Shown here: positions 35,183-42,053 of the stretch, in pieces
Position numbering within the stretch: position 1 is the first letter of the stretch
Layout: each line of letters starts with the position of its first letter
Assembly (NCBI GenBank): GCA_036393435.1
Contig: DASWGW010000081.1
Coordinates: 1 to 42,053 of the forward strand
Origin: Candidatus Limnocylindria bacterium
GTDB lineage: Bacteria; Chloroflexota; Limnocylindria; QHBO01
Length of the DNA: 42,053 nt
Direction: 5' to 3'
Notes under the pieces: model-generated
Told to the model about the DNA's origin: nothing
What the model saw: only the letters and a program-made list of their open reading frames with translations
Database searches by the model: none
Made by a program: the position numbers and the translations under genes

Positions 35183-35271
35183 CCCGGATGACCCGGCGAC
35201 GCGCCGGCGCCTATCATCTGCACGTCGCACACAGCGGCATTCCCTCGCCCCAGTCTGACGAAGGTGGTGCG

Positions 35272-36039
35272 TTGACCAAGGTAATCGCGATCGCGAACCA
35301 GAAGGGTGGCGTCGGCAAGACCACCTGCTCGATCAACCTCGGGGGGGCTCTCGCCGAACGCGGCTACAGGGTCCTCTGCGTCGACATGGATCCGCAGGCG
35401 AACATGACCGTCGGCCTGGGGATCTCGCTCTCGGACGTCCGGCACTCGATGGCCGACGTCCTGTCGGAGAACCGCGTCTCGCTCGACGAGATCGTCCGAG
35501 AGACCGGCACCCCCGGGCTCTGGCTCGTTCCCGCCACCCTGGAGCTCGCCTCGACAGAGGTCGAGCTCTTCACCGCGATCGGCCGCGAGATGGTGCTGCG
35601 CGACGCGCTGGACGGCTGGGTCGAGCGCCAGTTCGACGTGGTGATCATCGACTCCCCGCCGACACTGGGCCTGCTCACCATCAACGCGCTGGTGGCATCG
35701 AGCCGCGTGATCATCCCGGTCCAGACCCAGTACTACGCGATCAAGGGCCTCACGGCGCTCATCAAGGTCATCAACACGATCAAGCTCAAGCTCAACCACG
35801 ACCTGGAGGTCCTCGGCCTCCTCCCGACGTTCTATGACGGACGCACGGTCCTCGCGCGCGAGATGCTCGAGAACCTGCGGGAGCTGGGCGACCACCGGGT
35901 CTTCAACACCATGATCAAGAACACCGTGAAGCTCGGGGAGGCGCCGCTGACCGGCAAGCCCGTGACCGAGTACGCCACGAACTCTGCCGCCGCTCGCGCG
36001 TTCCGCGACCTGGCCCAGGAGGTGATCGAGCTTGGCTAG
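35272..36039 (+). CDS. parA: Chromosome partitioning ATPase ParA/Soj
   Basis: Track ORF trimmed to the TTG at 35272 (GAAGGTGG SD 5 nt upstream). Deviant Walker A IANQKGGVGKTT. 255 aa. Confidence 0.9.
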   Translation: MTKVIAIANQKGGVGKTTCSINLGGALAERGYRVLCVDMDPQANMTVGLGISLSDVRHSMADVLSENRVSLDEIVRETGTPGLWLVPATLELASTEVELFTAIGREMVLRDALDGWVERQFDVVIIDSPPTLGLLTINALVASSRVIIPVQTQYYAIKGLTALIKVINTIKLKLNHDLEVLGLLPTFYDGRTVLAREMLENLRELGDHRVFNTMIKNTVKLGEAPLTGKPVTEYATNSAAARAFRDLAQEVIELG

Positions 36040-37024
36040 CAAGCGCCCCGCGTTCCGCGAGAACATTCACCGGCTGTTCGACGAGGCGCAGCAGACCGAC
36101 CTCGCCCCCGGAATCGTGTCCCTCATCGAGTCCCACGCGACGCGGGCCCAGATGCGGGAGGTCCCGGTGTCGCGGATCCTGCCGAACCCCGCCCAGCCCC
36201 GGCTCTCGTACGACGAGGACTCGCTCACCGAGCTCGCCGACTCCATCCGCGAGCGAGGGGTGCTCCAGCCGATCCTCGTCCGAGCGGTCGGTCACGAGTA
36301 CGAGCTCATCGCCGGGGAGCGTCGCTGGCGTGCCTCGAAGCTCGCCGGGCGCGAGACGATCCCCGCCATCGTCGTCGAGTTCGACGACCAGACCGCGCTC
36401 GAGGTCAGCATCATCGAGAACCTCCAGCGCGAGGACGTCTCGCCTCTCGAGGAGGCGGCGATGTTTCGGAAGATGACCCAGACGTTCGACTATTCCGTCC
36501 GGCAGCTGGCGCAGAAGATCGGCAAGGACAAGGGATACGTGGAGAACCGCCTCCGCCTGACCGATGCGCCCGCCGACATTCGTGAGCTTCTGTCATTGCG
36601 CAGAGACACGATCAGCCACGCCTACGAGCTGATGAAGATCCCAGACGAGCGCAGACGCCGGCGGCTCGCGAAGCGTGTCGCGGCGGGCGAGCTGTCGCTG
36701 GCGAAGCTGCGCTCGCTCAGCGGTGCGACCGAGGAGGCCGCCGATGAGCCGCCTCCGGTCGCGCGCCGCCGACGACGGCGGACCGTCGCCGGGGAGCTCG
36801 CCGACGCGATCGCCGCGGATGACGCCCTCATGGGCGCCCGGGAGAAGCTGGCGGACGGCATCGACGACCTCGTGGCCATCCTTCGCGCGCCGGAGATGAT
36901 GGAGCAGATCCCCGAGGTCAACCGCGAGAACTTCGCGAAGCACCTCACGATCACCAAGCTCAAGCTCGAGAACGCGATCGCGATCTTCCGCTCGGCCTCT
37001 CCGCACCGCGAGGAAGCGCGCTAG
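36032..37024 (+). CDS. parB: Chromosome partitioning protein ParB/Spo0J
   Basis: 330 aa with ILPNPAQPR, GVLQPILVR, LIAGERRWRAS and IENLQREDVSPLEEA. The start (TTG 36032, an 8-nt overlap with parA) is uncertain. Confidence 0.9.
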   Translation: MASKRPAFRENIHRLFDEAQQTDLAPGIVSLIESHATRAQMREVPVSRILPNPAQPRLSYDEDSLTELADSIRERGVLQPILVRAVGHEYELIAGERRWRASKLAGRETIPAIVVEFDDQTALEVSIIENLQREDVSPLEEAAMFRKMTQTFDYSVRQLAQKIGKDKGYVENRLRLTDAPADIRELLSLRRDTISHAYELMKIPDERRRRRLAKRVAAGELSLAKLRSLSGATEEAADEPPPVARRRRRRTVAGELADAIAADDALMGAREKLADGIDDLVAILRAPEMMEQIPEVNRENFAKHLTITKLKLENAIAIFRSASPHREEAR

Positions 37025-37050
37025 CCCTCGCCATCTGGAACCCTGCCGCC

Positions 37051-37407
37051 TCAGGCGACATAGGACATCACCTCGCGGTGGGTCACGAGGAAATCGATGA
37101 GCTTCGCGCGTGCCGCGGGGTCGATCCGGCGCAGCCCGGCGATGGCCTTCGGGAGTTCGAAGATCGGCGCCGCCAGCGAGCCGGCGGTATCGATGCCGAC
37201 GACGTGGTCCGGTCCCCCACCGACCAGGAAGGCGCGCTGAAAGCCACGCTCATCGAGCCCTGTGGCTGAGCAGAAGGCCGCGATTGCCTGCCCGACGCCC
37301 AAGCGCTTCGCAAAGTCGATGAACAGGTCCGCGGCCCAGGTGTCGACCTGCGGATCTTCCTGGGCCGATACCATCTCGCGATAGCCCTTCTCGTCGACGT
37401 CGCTCAC
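37051..37407 (-). CDS. Hypothetical protein (118 aa, acidic)
   Basis: Track ORF trimmed to the GTG at 37407, preceded by GAGAGGGAGA. Ordinary globular composition. No recognisable motif. Confidence 0.5.
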   Translation of the reverse strand: MSDVDEKGYREMVSAQEDPQVDTWAADLFIDFAKRLGVGQAIAAFCSATGLDERGFQRAFLVGGGPDHVVGIDTAGSLAAPIFELPKAIAGLRRIDPAARAKLIDFLVTHREVMSYVA

Positions 37408-37502
37408 GTTCTCCCTCTCTTGCGGCGGCCCGATTCTAGTGGACTCCGATGCCGCACCGCCGCGCGACGCGCGCCCGCCGGGCTGCGCTATCCTCCGGCC
37501 CA

Positions 37503-38072
37503 ATGATCGACCGACATGGCGATCCGCGCACGGAAGACACGATCGTCTTCGAGCTGCTGCGCACTCCGCGAGGCTCCAAGGAGGCCGATGTCGTCGGGCA
37601 CGCCACCTTCCGCGGCGGCGCGGCGAGCATTGCGGCACCCGACGCCGTCCGCATCGCCGTCGAGGAGCAGCTGTCACGCGCCTTCGTGGACCGCGTCCAG
37701 GCCGACGAGCGGCCGCGCGGCTATCGGCGCTCCGGGCATGGCATGGTCGATCTCCTGGTGCCGGGCATGCCGGAGCACTTTATCGCCCGGATGCGCGGGC
37801 TGTGGCTCAGCTACCCCGACGGCTCCGTCGTCACCGCGCGCCAGGCGCAGGCCGGCAGCTCGACGGCAGTGGCGCTCCCCGACGTCGTGGATGTCGGCCC
37901 GCCGGTGTCCGATCCGTCGCTGCGGCGCTCGACCCTCGCCTCCGCCGACCAGGCGCTCGGGACGCGCCCCCTCGTCCGCCCGCATCCGCCGGACATCGGG
38001 GTCCGGCCGTCCGACGAAGAGGCTCGCCTCGACGGGCCCGTCCGGCGGACGGACTGCGGCTGGATCGTCTAG
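37503..38072 (+). CDS. Hypothetical protein (189 aa; ORF open from 37449)
   Basis: Of three overlapping plus-strand ORFs, this frame has high third-position G/C and normal composition. The ATG at 37503 lies 8 nt after a TATCCT -10-like box, so it may be leaderless. No recognisable motif. The C-terminal third looks disordered. Confidence 0.5.
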   Translation: MIDRHGDPRTEDTIVFELLRTPRGSKEADVVGHATFRGGAASIAAPDAVRIAVEEQLSRAFVDRVQADERPRGYRRSGHGMVDLLVPGMPEHFIARMRGLWLSYPDGSVVTARQAQAGSSTAVALPDVVDVGPPVSDPSLRRSTLASADQALGTRPLVRPHPPDIGVRPSDEEARLDGPVRRTDCGWIV

Positions 38073-38076
38073 TACG

Positions 38077-38101
38077 TAGATTTACCTAGATATCCCTAGA
38101 T
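38077..38101. repeat. Three TAGAT direct repeats with exact 10-bp spacing in an AT-rich spacer
   Basis: TAGATttacc-TAGATatccc-TAGAT at 38077, 38087 and 38097. The second and third units extend to CCTAGATA. They lie between two convergent stop codons (38072 and 38115). Confidence 0.65.
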
Positions 38102-38114
38102 ACGCGAAGGTCGG

Positions 38115-38564
38115 TCAGCGCGCGCGGCCCTCGCGGAGCATCTCGACCGACTTCGCAATCCTTCGCCGCCGCGTGTCCTCGGCCTTCGCGCCCTCGATCG
38201 ACAGCACGTGCCACGACTTGTTGCTGTACGAGAGCCCGTCGAACGTCCGGCGAGCATTCGGCTCGGCATCCAGCGCCGCAGCGAAGTCGGCCGGCACGGT
38301 CACCTCCCGAGGCGCCGTGTCGAGCTCGATGTCGACGTCGACCTCGTCGCCGCCCTTCACCCCGGCCCCGGCCCGGTTCTCGGAGCTGACCCCGACCATA
38401 TAGGCGCCGCCGAGGACCGCGACACTGCTGCGGTAGGTGAATCCATTGATGGTCACCCGGACCGAGGGCCGCTTCCCCGAACCCAGGGCAACCATCACCT
38501 CCGCGGGGATTCGAATTCCGGTGGCCGTCTTTCCGCTCTGCTCGATGGTGGTGCGGAACCTCAT
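38115..38564 (-). CDS. DUF1905 / YdeI-like protein
   Basis: Track ORF trimmed to the ATG at 38564 (GAGGAGG SD). MRFRTTIEQSGKTATGIRIPAEV...VRVTINGFTYRSSVA (DUF1905-like), followed by a YdeI-like C-terminal segment. Confidence 0.7.
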   Translation of the reverse strand: MRFRTTIEQSGKTATGIRIPAEVMVALGSGKRPSVRVTINGFTYRSSVAVLGGAYMVGVSSENRAGAGVKGGDEVDVDIELDTAPREVTVPADFAAALDAEPNARRTFDGLSYSNKSWHVLSIEGAKAEDTRRRRIAKSVEMLREGRAR

Positions 38565-38586
38565 GCAATCCTCCTCACGCCCGCCG

Positions 38587-39972
38587 TCAACCGGCCGGGG
38601 CGGGCGGGATGTTCTGGTTGAGCCGGAAGAGGTTGGTCGGGTCGTATCGGGCCTTGATCGCCGCAAGGCGCTTCCAGGTCTCGCCGGGGTAGGCGTCGCG
38701 GATGCGTGCCTCACCCTCGTCGCCGAGGAAGTTGACGTAGGCCCCCGCATCACCCTGGCGCAGCGCCGCGGCGAACTCCTCGACCCAGGCCCGCCGCGCC
38801 GGCCGGTCCGCCTCGCCCTCGTAGAAGGCCGCGACGTTGACCATGATGCGGCTCGATCGGTGCGCGAAGGCCGTCGCGTCGTCGGGCACCCGGGCCATGG
38901 CCCCGCCGAGCACCCGGAGCTGTGCCACCCGCATCGATGCGTCCGAGCGCTCGAGATGCTCCATGATCGAGGCCGCCACGGCATCGTCGACCCCGTCGAC
39001 GAACATCGTGAGCGCCACGGCCGTCGGGTGGTACGAGTCGTCCTCGGGCGGATAGATCTCCGGGTACGGCATCGGCTTGACCATGTCGGCCAACGGGGTG
39101 GCGAGGGCGCGGAAGGGGGCGATGGCCCGCTCGCCGGCCTCGGAATCGCCGGCATAGGCCAGCATGCCCAGGATCACGAGCTGGCCGTGCACCTCCTCGG
39201 GGAGGAACGGCATCGGCGGGCAGTTCATGACGTTGGCGATCGTCGACAGCTCCTCCGGCGCGGCCTCGGAGGTGGCGATGAACCCGGCGACCGTCTCGGC
39301 CGTCGCCGGCAGGACGAGCATCCCGCCGACGATCCCGTCGAGCTCGTGGAGCCGATACTGGAATCGAGTGGCGACGCCGAAATTGCCGCCACCGCCTCGA
39401 ATGGCCCAGAACAGGTCCGGGTGCGACGCCGCGTCGACGCGCAGCAGCTCCCCATCGGCCGTCACGACGTCCGCGGCGAGTAGCGAATCGATCGTCAGGC
39501 CGTGCTTGCGCACCAGGAAGCCGACTCCACCACCCAGCGTGATGCCGCCGATCCCGACCGAGCCGGTGTCGCCGAAGCCGATGGCCAGGCCGTGGGCCGC
39601 GGCCGCCGTCGTGACCTCGGCGGCGGTGAGGCCGGTCTTGGCCCAGCACGTGCGGCCCTCGACGTCGATCTCGAGCGCCTTCATGTCCCGCAGGTCGATG
39701 ACGATCCCGCCGTCGGTGGTGCAGTGGCCGGCCGCGCTGTGGCCGCCGCTGCGGACGGCGAGCTCGATGCCGGTCTCGCGGGCGAGGCCCACGACGCGCG
39801 CGACGTCGCCCGCGTCCGCCACCCGCGCGATGACGGCCGGCCGGCGGTCGACCTCGCCGGACACGACGGTGCGAACCTCGTCGTACTCAGCGTCGCCCGG
39901 CACGATCACACGACCGCGCAGGTCCGCGCGCAACTGGGGGATGGAGAGGGTGGTGGACGCCGTCATCGACAC
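38587..39972 (-). CDS. FAD-linked oxidase (PCMH/VAO fold with BBE-like C-terminus)
   Basis: 461 aa with VRSGGHSAAG, GDTGSVGIGGITLGGG, IRGGGGNFGV and the C-terminal YVNF...RYDPTNLFRLNQNIPP. Confidence 0.9.
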   Translation of the reverse strand: MSMTASTTLSIPQLRADLRGRVIVPGDAEYDEVRTVVSGEVDRRPAVIARVADAGDVARVVGLARETGIELAVRSGGHSAAGHCTTDGGIVIDLRDMKALEIDVEGRTCWAKTGLTAAEVTTAAAAHGLAIGFGDTGSVGIGGITLGGGVGFLVRKHGLTIDSLLAADVVTADGELLRVDAASHPDLFWAIRGGGGNFGVATRFQYRLHELDGIVGGMLVLPATAETVAGFIATSEAAPEELSTIANVMNCPPMPFLPEEVHGQLVILGMLAYAGDSEAGERAIAPFRALATPLADMVKPMPYPEIYPPEDDSYHPTAVALTMFVDGVDDAVAASIMEHLERSDASMRVAQLRVLGGAMARVPDDATAFAHRSSRIMVNVAAFYEGEADRPARRAWVEEFAAALRQGDAGAYVNFLGDEGEARIRDAYPGETWKRLAAIKARYDPTNLFRLNQNIPPAPAG

Positions 39973-40023
39973 GGAAGGTTCTCCTGACGATGTATTCGTG
40001 GAGTAGACCGCTCGGCCAGACAG

Positions 40024-40057
40024 AACTCATCGGTCACGGGTGCGGGACCGATGAGTT
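40024..40057. repeat. Perfect 12-bp inverted repeat with a 10-nt spacer
   Basis: AACTCATCGGTC (40024-40035) and GACCGATGAGTT (40046-40057). The right arm contains the ATG at 40051. Confidence 0.75.
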
Positions 40058-40536
40058 TCGCGCGGCGCATCGGTCTGTACGTCGAGGCCACGAGAGGAGG
40101 TCCGCCGCTGGTCGCACCAGACCACTCCCCCATGACACCGCGACGCGGCAAGCCACCCGAGGCGTCGAGCACGCCCGGCCTCATCGTCGGCAGACCGATC
40201 GACGAGGCGGCCGTCGCCGGGCTCTGCGACCGCGTCCGCGTGCTGCTCGGCGGCGGCGCGGACGTGGTGATGTGCGACGTGGGCGGGCTCTCCGAAACCG
40301 GCCTCGGAACGGTGGCTCTGCTGGCGAGGCTCCAGCTCACCGCGCGCCGGCTCGGTGGGCGCGTCCGGGTGCGAAACGCATCAGCCGAGCTCCACGACGT
40401 GCTCTGGCTGGCAGGCCTGTGCGGCGTCGTGGGGGCGTGCGCACCGCTACCGCTCGAGGCGCTCGGGCAGGCCGAACAGCGGGAAGAACCTGGCGGTGTC
40501 GAGGAAGAACGTGATGCCGCCGATCCGGTCCCCTGA
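40051..40536 (+). CDS. STAS-domain protein (anti-sigma-factor antagonist-like)
   Basis: ...LCDRVRVLLGGGADVVMCDVGGLSETGLGTVALLARLQLTARRLGGRVRVRNASAELHDVLWLAGL... The start is uncertain (ATG 40051, CTG 40108 after GAGAGGAGG, or ATG 40132). The last 90 nt overlap the convergent sigma factor gene. Confidence 0.6.
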   Translation: MSFARRIGLYVEATRGGPPLVAPDHSPMTPRRGKPPEASSTPGLIVGRPIDEAAVAGLCDRVRVLLGGGADVVMCDVGGLSETGLGTVALLARLQLTARRLGGRVRVRNASAELHDVLWLAGLCGVVGACAPLPLEALGQAEQREEPGGVEEERDAADPVP

Positions 40537-41445
40537 GATCTCGAGCACCTGGAGCGACCACGGCTCGTAGCCGCCGCCCGGCGCGGGCTTGTACTGGCCG
40601 AAGGCCGGCGAGCCGTTCGCGAGCGTCGGGATCAGCCTGGATCCGCGGCAGCCGATGCCCGGGCCCAGGCACCAGCGCCGGATGTCGAGGTGGGTCTGCA
40701 GCCACAGCTCGTACGGCGGCATGTTCCACGTCGCATCCTCGTGCAGCAGCGACGTGAGCGCGTCCATGTCGTAGCGCTCGAAGGCATCGACGTACCGCGC
40801 CAGCAACGCCCGCTGCGCGTCATCCATCGGCTCGGGGGGCTCTCCCTCCTGGGGCCTGCTCGCCGCGAGCGTCGATCGCGCGCGCTGAAGCGCGCTGTTG
40901 ACCGATGCGGTCGTGGTGTCGAGCAGCTCGGCCACTTCGTCGGCCCTCCAGCGCAGCACCTCCCGCAGGATGAGCACCGCCCGCTGGCGCGGCGGCAGAT
41001 GCTGGAGCGCGGCGACGAACGCCAGGCGTACCGATTCCCGCGTCACGGCCACCTCGGCCGGATCGCCGCCGTCGGTGACCACCCGGGCGTCGGGCATCGG
41101 CTCGATCCAGACGGCTTCGGGAAGCGGCGCCGGGAGGGCCCGGTCCGCCGTGCCGGGGGAGGTGAGGTCCATCGGGCGTGCCCGCCGTTGGCTTGCGCCC
41201 AGCATGCTGAGGCACACGTTCGTGGCGATCCGATACAGCCAGGAGCGGAGCGCCGATCGGCCCTCGAACGCGCCGATGCCGCGCCACGCACGCACCAGGG
41301 TCTCCTGCACGGCATCCTCGGCCTCGAACGCCGAGCCGAGCATCCGGTAGCAGTAGGCGGTCAGCTCGACCCGGTGCCGCTCCAGCTGCGCCGTGAGCTC
41401 TGCAGGCGCCGTGTCGGCGGGGCGTTCGGCGGTCAGCTCGGTCAT
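40447..41445 (-). CDS. ECF-type sigma-70 factor with a fused NTF2/SnoaL-like C-terminal domain (SigG-like architecture)
   Basis: 332 aa. Region 2 is AEDAVQETLVRAWR...WLYRIATNVC. Region 4 is LPPRQRAVLILREVLRWRADEVAELLDTTTASVNSALQRAR. A ~130-aa extension follows: YVDAFERYDMDALTSLL...ANGSPAFGQY...LQVLEISGDRI. Confidence 0.9.
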   Translation of the reverse strand: MTELTAERPADTAPAELTAQLERHRVELTAYCYRMLGSAFEAEDAVQETLVRAWRGIGAFEGRSALRSWLYRIATNVCLSMLGASQRRARPMDLTSPGTADRALPAPLPEAVWIEPMPDARVVTDGGDPAEVAVTRESVRLAFVAALQHLPPRQRAVLILREVLRWRADEVAELLDTTTASVNSALQRARSTLAASRPQEGEPPEPMDDAQRALLARYVDAFERYDMDALTSLLHEDATWNMPPYELWLQTHLDIRRWCLGPGIGCRGSRLIPTLANGSPAFGQYKPAPGGGYEPWSLQVLEISGDRIGGITFFLDTARFFPLFGLPERLER

Positions 41446-41554
41446 CGGCGGTCATCCTAGCGCGGCTCGCTCGAATCGCCAGCGCGCCCCCCGACCGAGC
41501 GGGGCTGATGGCCGGCCCGGAGAGTCATCGCCCGGTCGGACGATGCCTCGGCTG

Positions 41555-42004
41555 TTACCAGTGCGCGCGGCCGTACGAAGGCTGCTCCCGTCTGGCTCGA
41601 GCGCGGAGGGTTTCGGGCCGCGTCGGGCGATGAAGAGCCCGCTGGATGGCGCCGGCCAGCTCCGCCCGGCTCCCCGCGACTATGAGCGACCGCGCCTCAT
41701 CGCGCCGGGCAGGGGAGAACAGCTCCGTCGACACGGGCGAGGTAAGCACCAGCGGCTTGTCAGGGTGAAGGTCGAGCAGATCCTCGATCAGCTGCGGATG
41801 CCCGAGTTCGGCGTCCCAGGTGTCGTAGACCAGCACGTCGGCCTTGTCGACCTGCCAGCAGCGGCGGCCGTTGAGGACAGGGCATGCCTCGCCGCCGATC
41901 GGACCGGCGCATCGATCGACCTCGTAGCCGGCCCTGCGCAGCTCATCGCCCTCGATGTCGGCGACATTCTCATCGTGGTAGACGAGCAGGACGCGTGTCA
42001 TCAC
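41555..42004 (-). CDS. Receiver-like (CheY-fold?) protein with a three-Cys insertion
   Basis: 149 aa. RVLLVYHDE...GYEV...DVLVYDTWD...PLVLTS follows the beta1/beta2/beta3/beta4 pattern of receiver domains, but the acidic pocket is degenerate and the alpha2 region is replaced by CAGPIGGEACPVLNGRRC. GGAGG upstream fits the ATG at 42001 best. Confidence 0.5.
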   Translation of the reverse strand: MMTRVLLVYHDENVADIEGDELRRAGYEVDRCAGPIGGEACPVLNGRRCWQVDKADVLVYDTWDAELGHPQLIEDLLDLHPDKPLVLTSPVSTELFSPARRDEARSLIVAGSRAELAGAIQRALHRPTRPETLRARARREQPSYGRAHW

Positions 42005-42053
42005 ACTGCCTCCGCCGTTCGATCGGCTAGATCGCGCTCCGGCACATCGGTCC

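Noticed and set aside
37439-38089. Alternative overlapping plus-strand ORFs 37439..38089 and 37516..38079, and minus-strand ORFs 37674..37985 and 37811..37996.
   Set aside because: They have Arg/Pro/Ala-rich shadow-frame composition. The 37449/37503 frame has the coding-like third-position bias and a balanced residue composition.

Overview
High-GC (about 70% by eye) bacterial chromosomal core region, almost fully coding and mostly on the minus strand.

Gene content, left to right:
- a partial NUDIX hydrolase, a GT4 glycosyltransferase, tRNA-Val, and yggT/yggS;
- a complete division/cell-wall (dcw) cluster read from 19840 down to 3603: mraZ-rsmH-(70-aa ORF)-ftsL-ftsI-murF-mraY-murD-ftsW-murG-murB-ddl-ftsQ-sbp-ftsA-ftsZ;
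- an orphan Cys-rich membrane protein, a 78-aa CxxC ORF and RNase P RNA;
- a translationally coupled icd-sdhCDAB-rnhA string with divergent sucCD;
- a tRNA-Met followed by a propionyl-CoA carboxylase / methylmalonyl-CoA mutase / epimerase operon;
- parAB, then a more accessory-looking tail: two orphan ORFs, DUF1905/YdeI, an FAD oxidase, a STAS protein, an ECF sigma factor with an NTF2-like C-terminal domain, and a Cys-bearing receiver-like protein.

I see no CRISPR array, transposase, integrase, phage gene or recognisable defence system, so I cannot point to a clear new multi-gene system.

The features not explained by the gene calls are mainly noncoding:
- a ~35-nt element present in one copy at each end of the dcw cluster;
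- a dense GTGAAT/ATTCAC motif array in a 445-nt low-GC spacer below ftsZ;
- DnaA-box-like 9-mers upstream of parA, at a strand-orientation switch, and upstream of ftsZ;
- a GTGGRCCCAC palindrome cluster between icd and sucC;
- three TAGAT repeats with exact 10-bp phasing in an AT-rich convergent spacer;
- a perfect 12-bp inverted repeat over the STAS start codon.

Several uncharacterised small or orphan ORFs are also flagged. FtsA plus Sbp without SepF/DivIVA, together with likely leaderless starts, suggests a deep-branching high-GC Terrabacteria lineage (Chloroflexota or a basal Actinomycetota class); that placement is inference only.

All coordinates and translations were derived by hand from the sequence and the supplied ORF track. 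No database search was possible.
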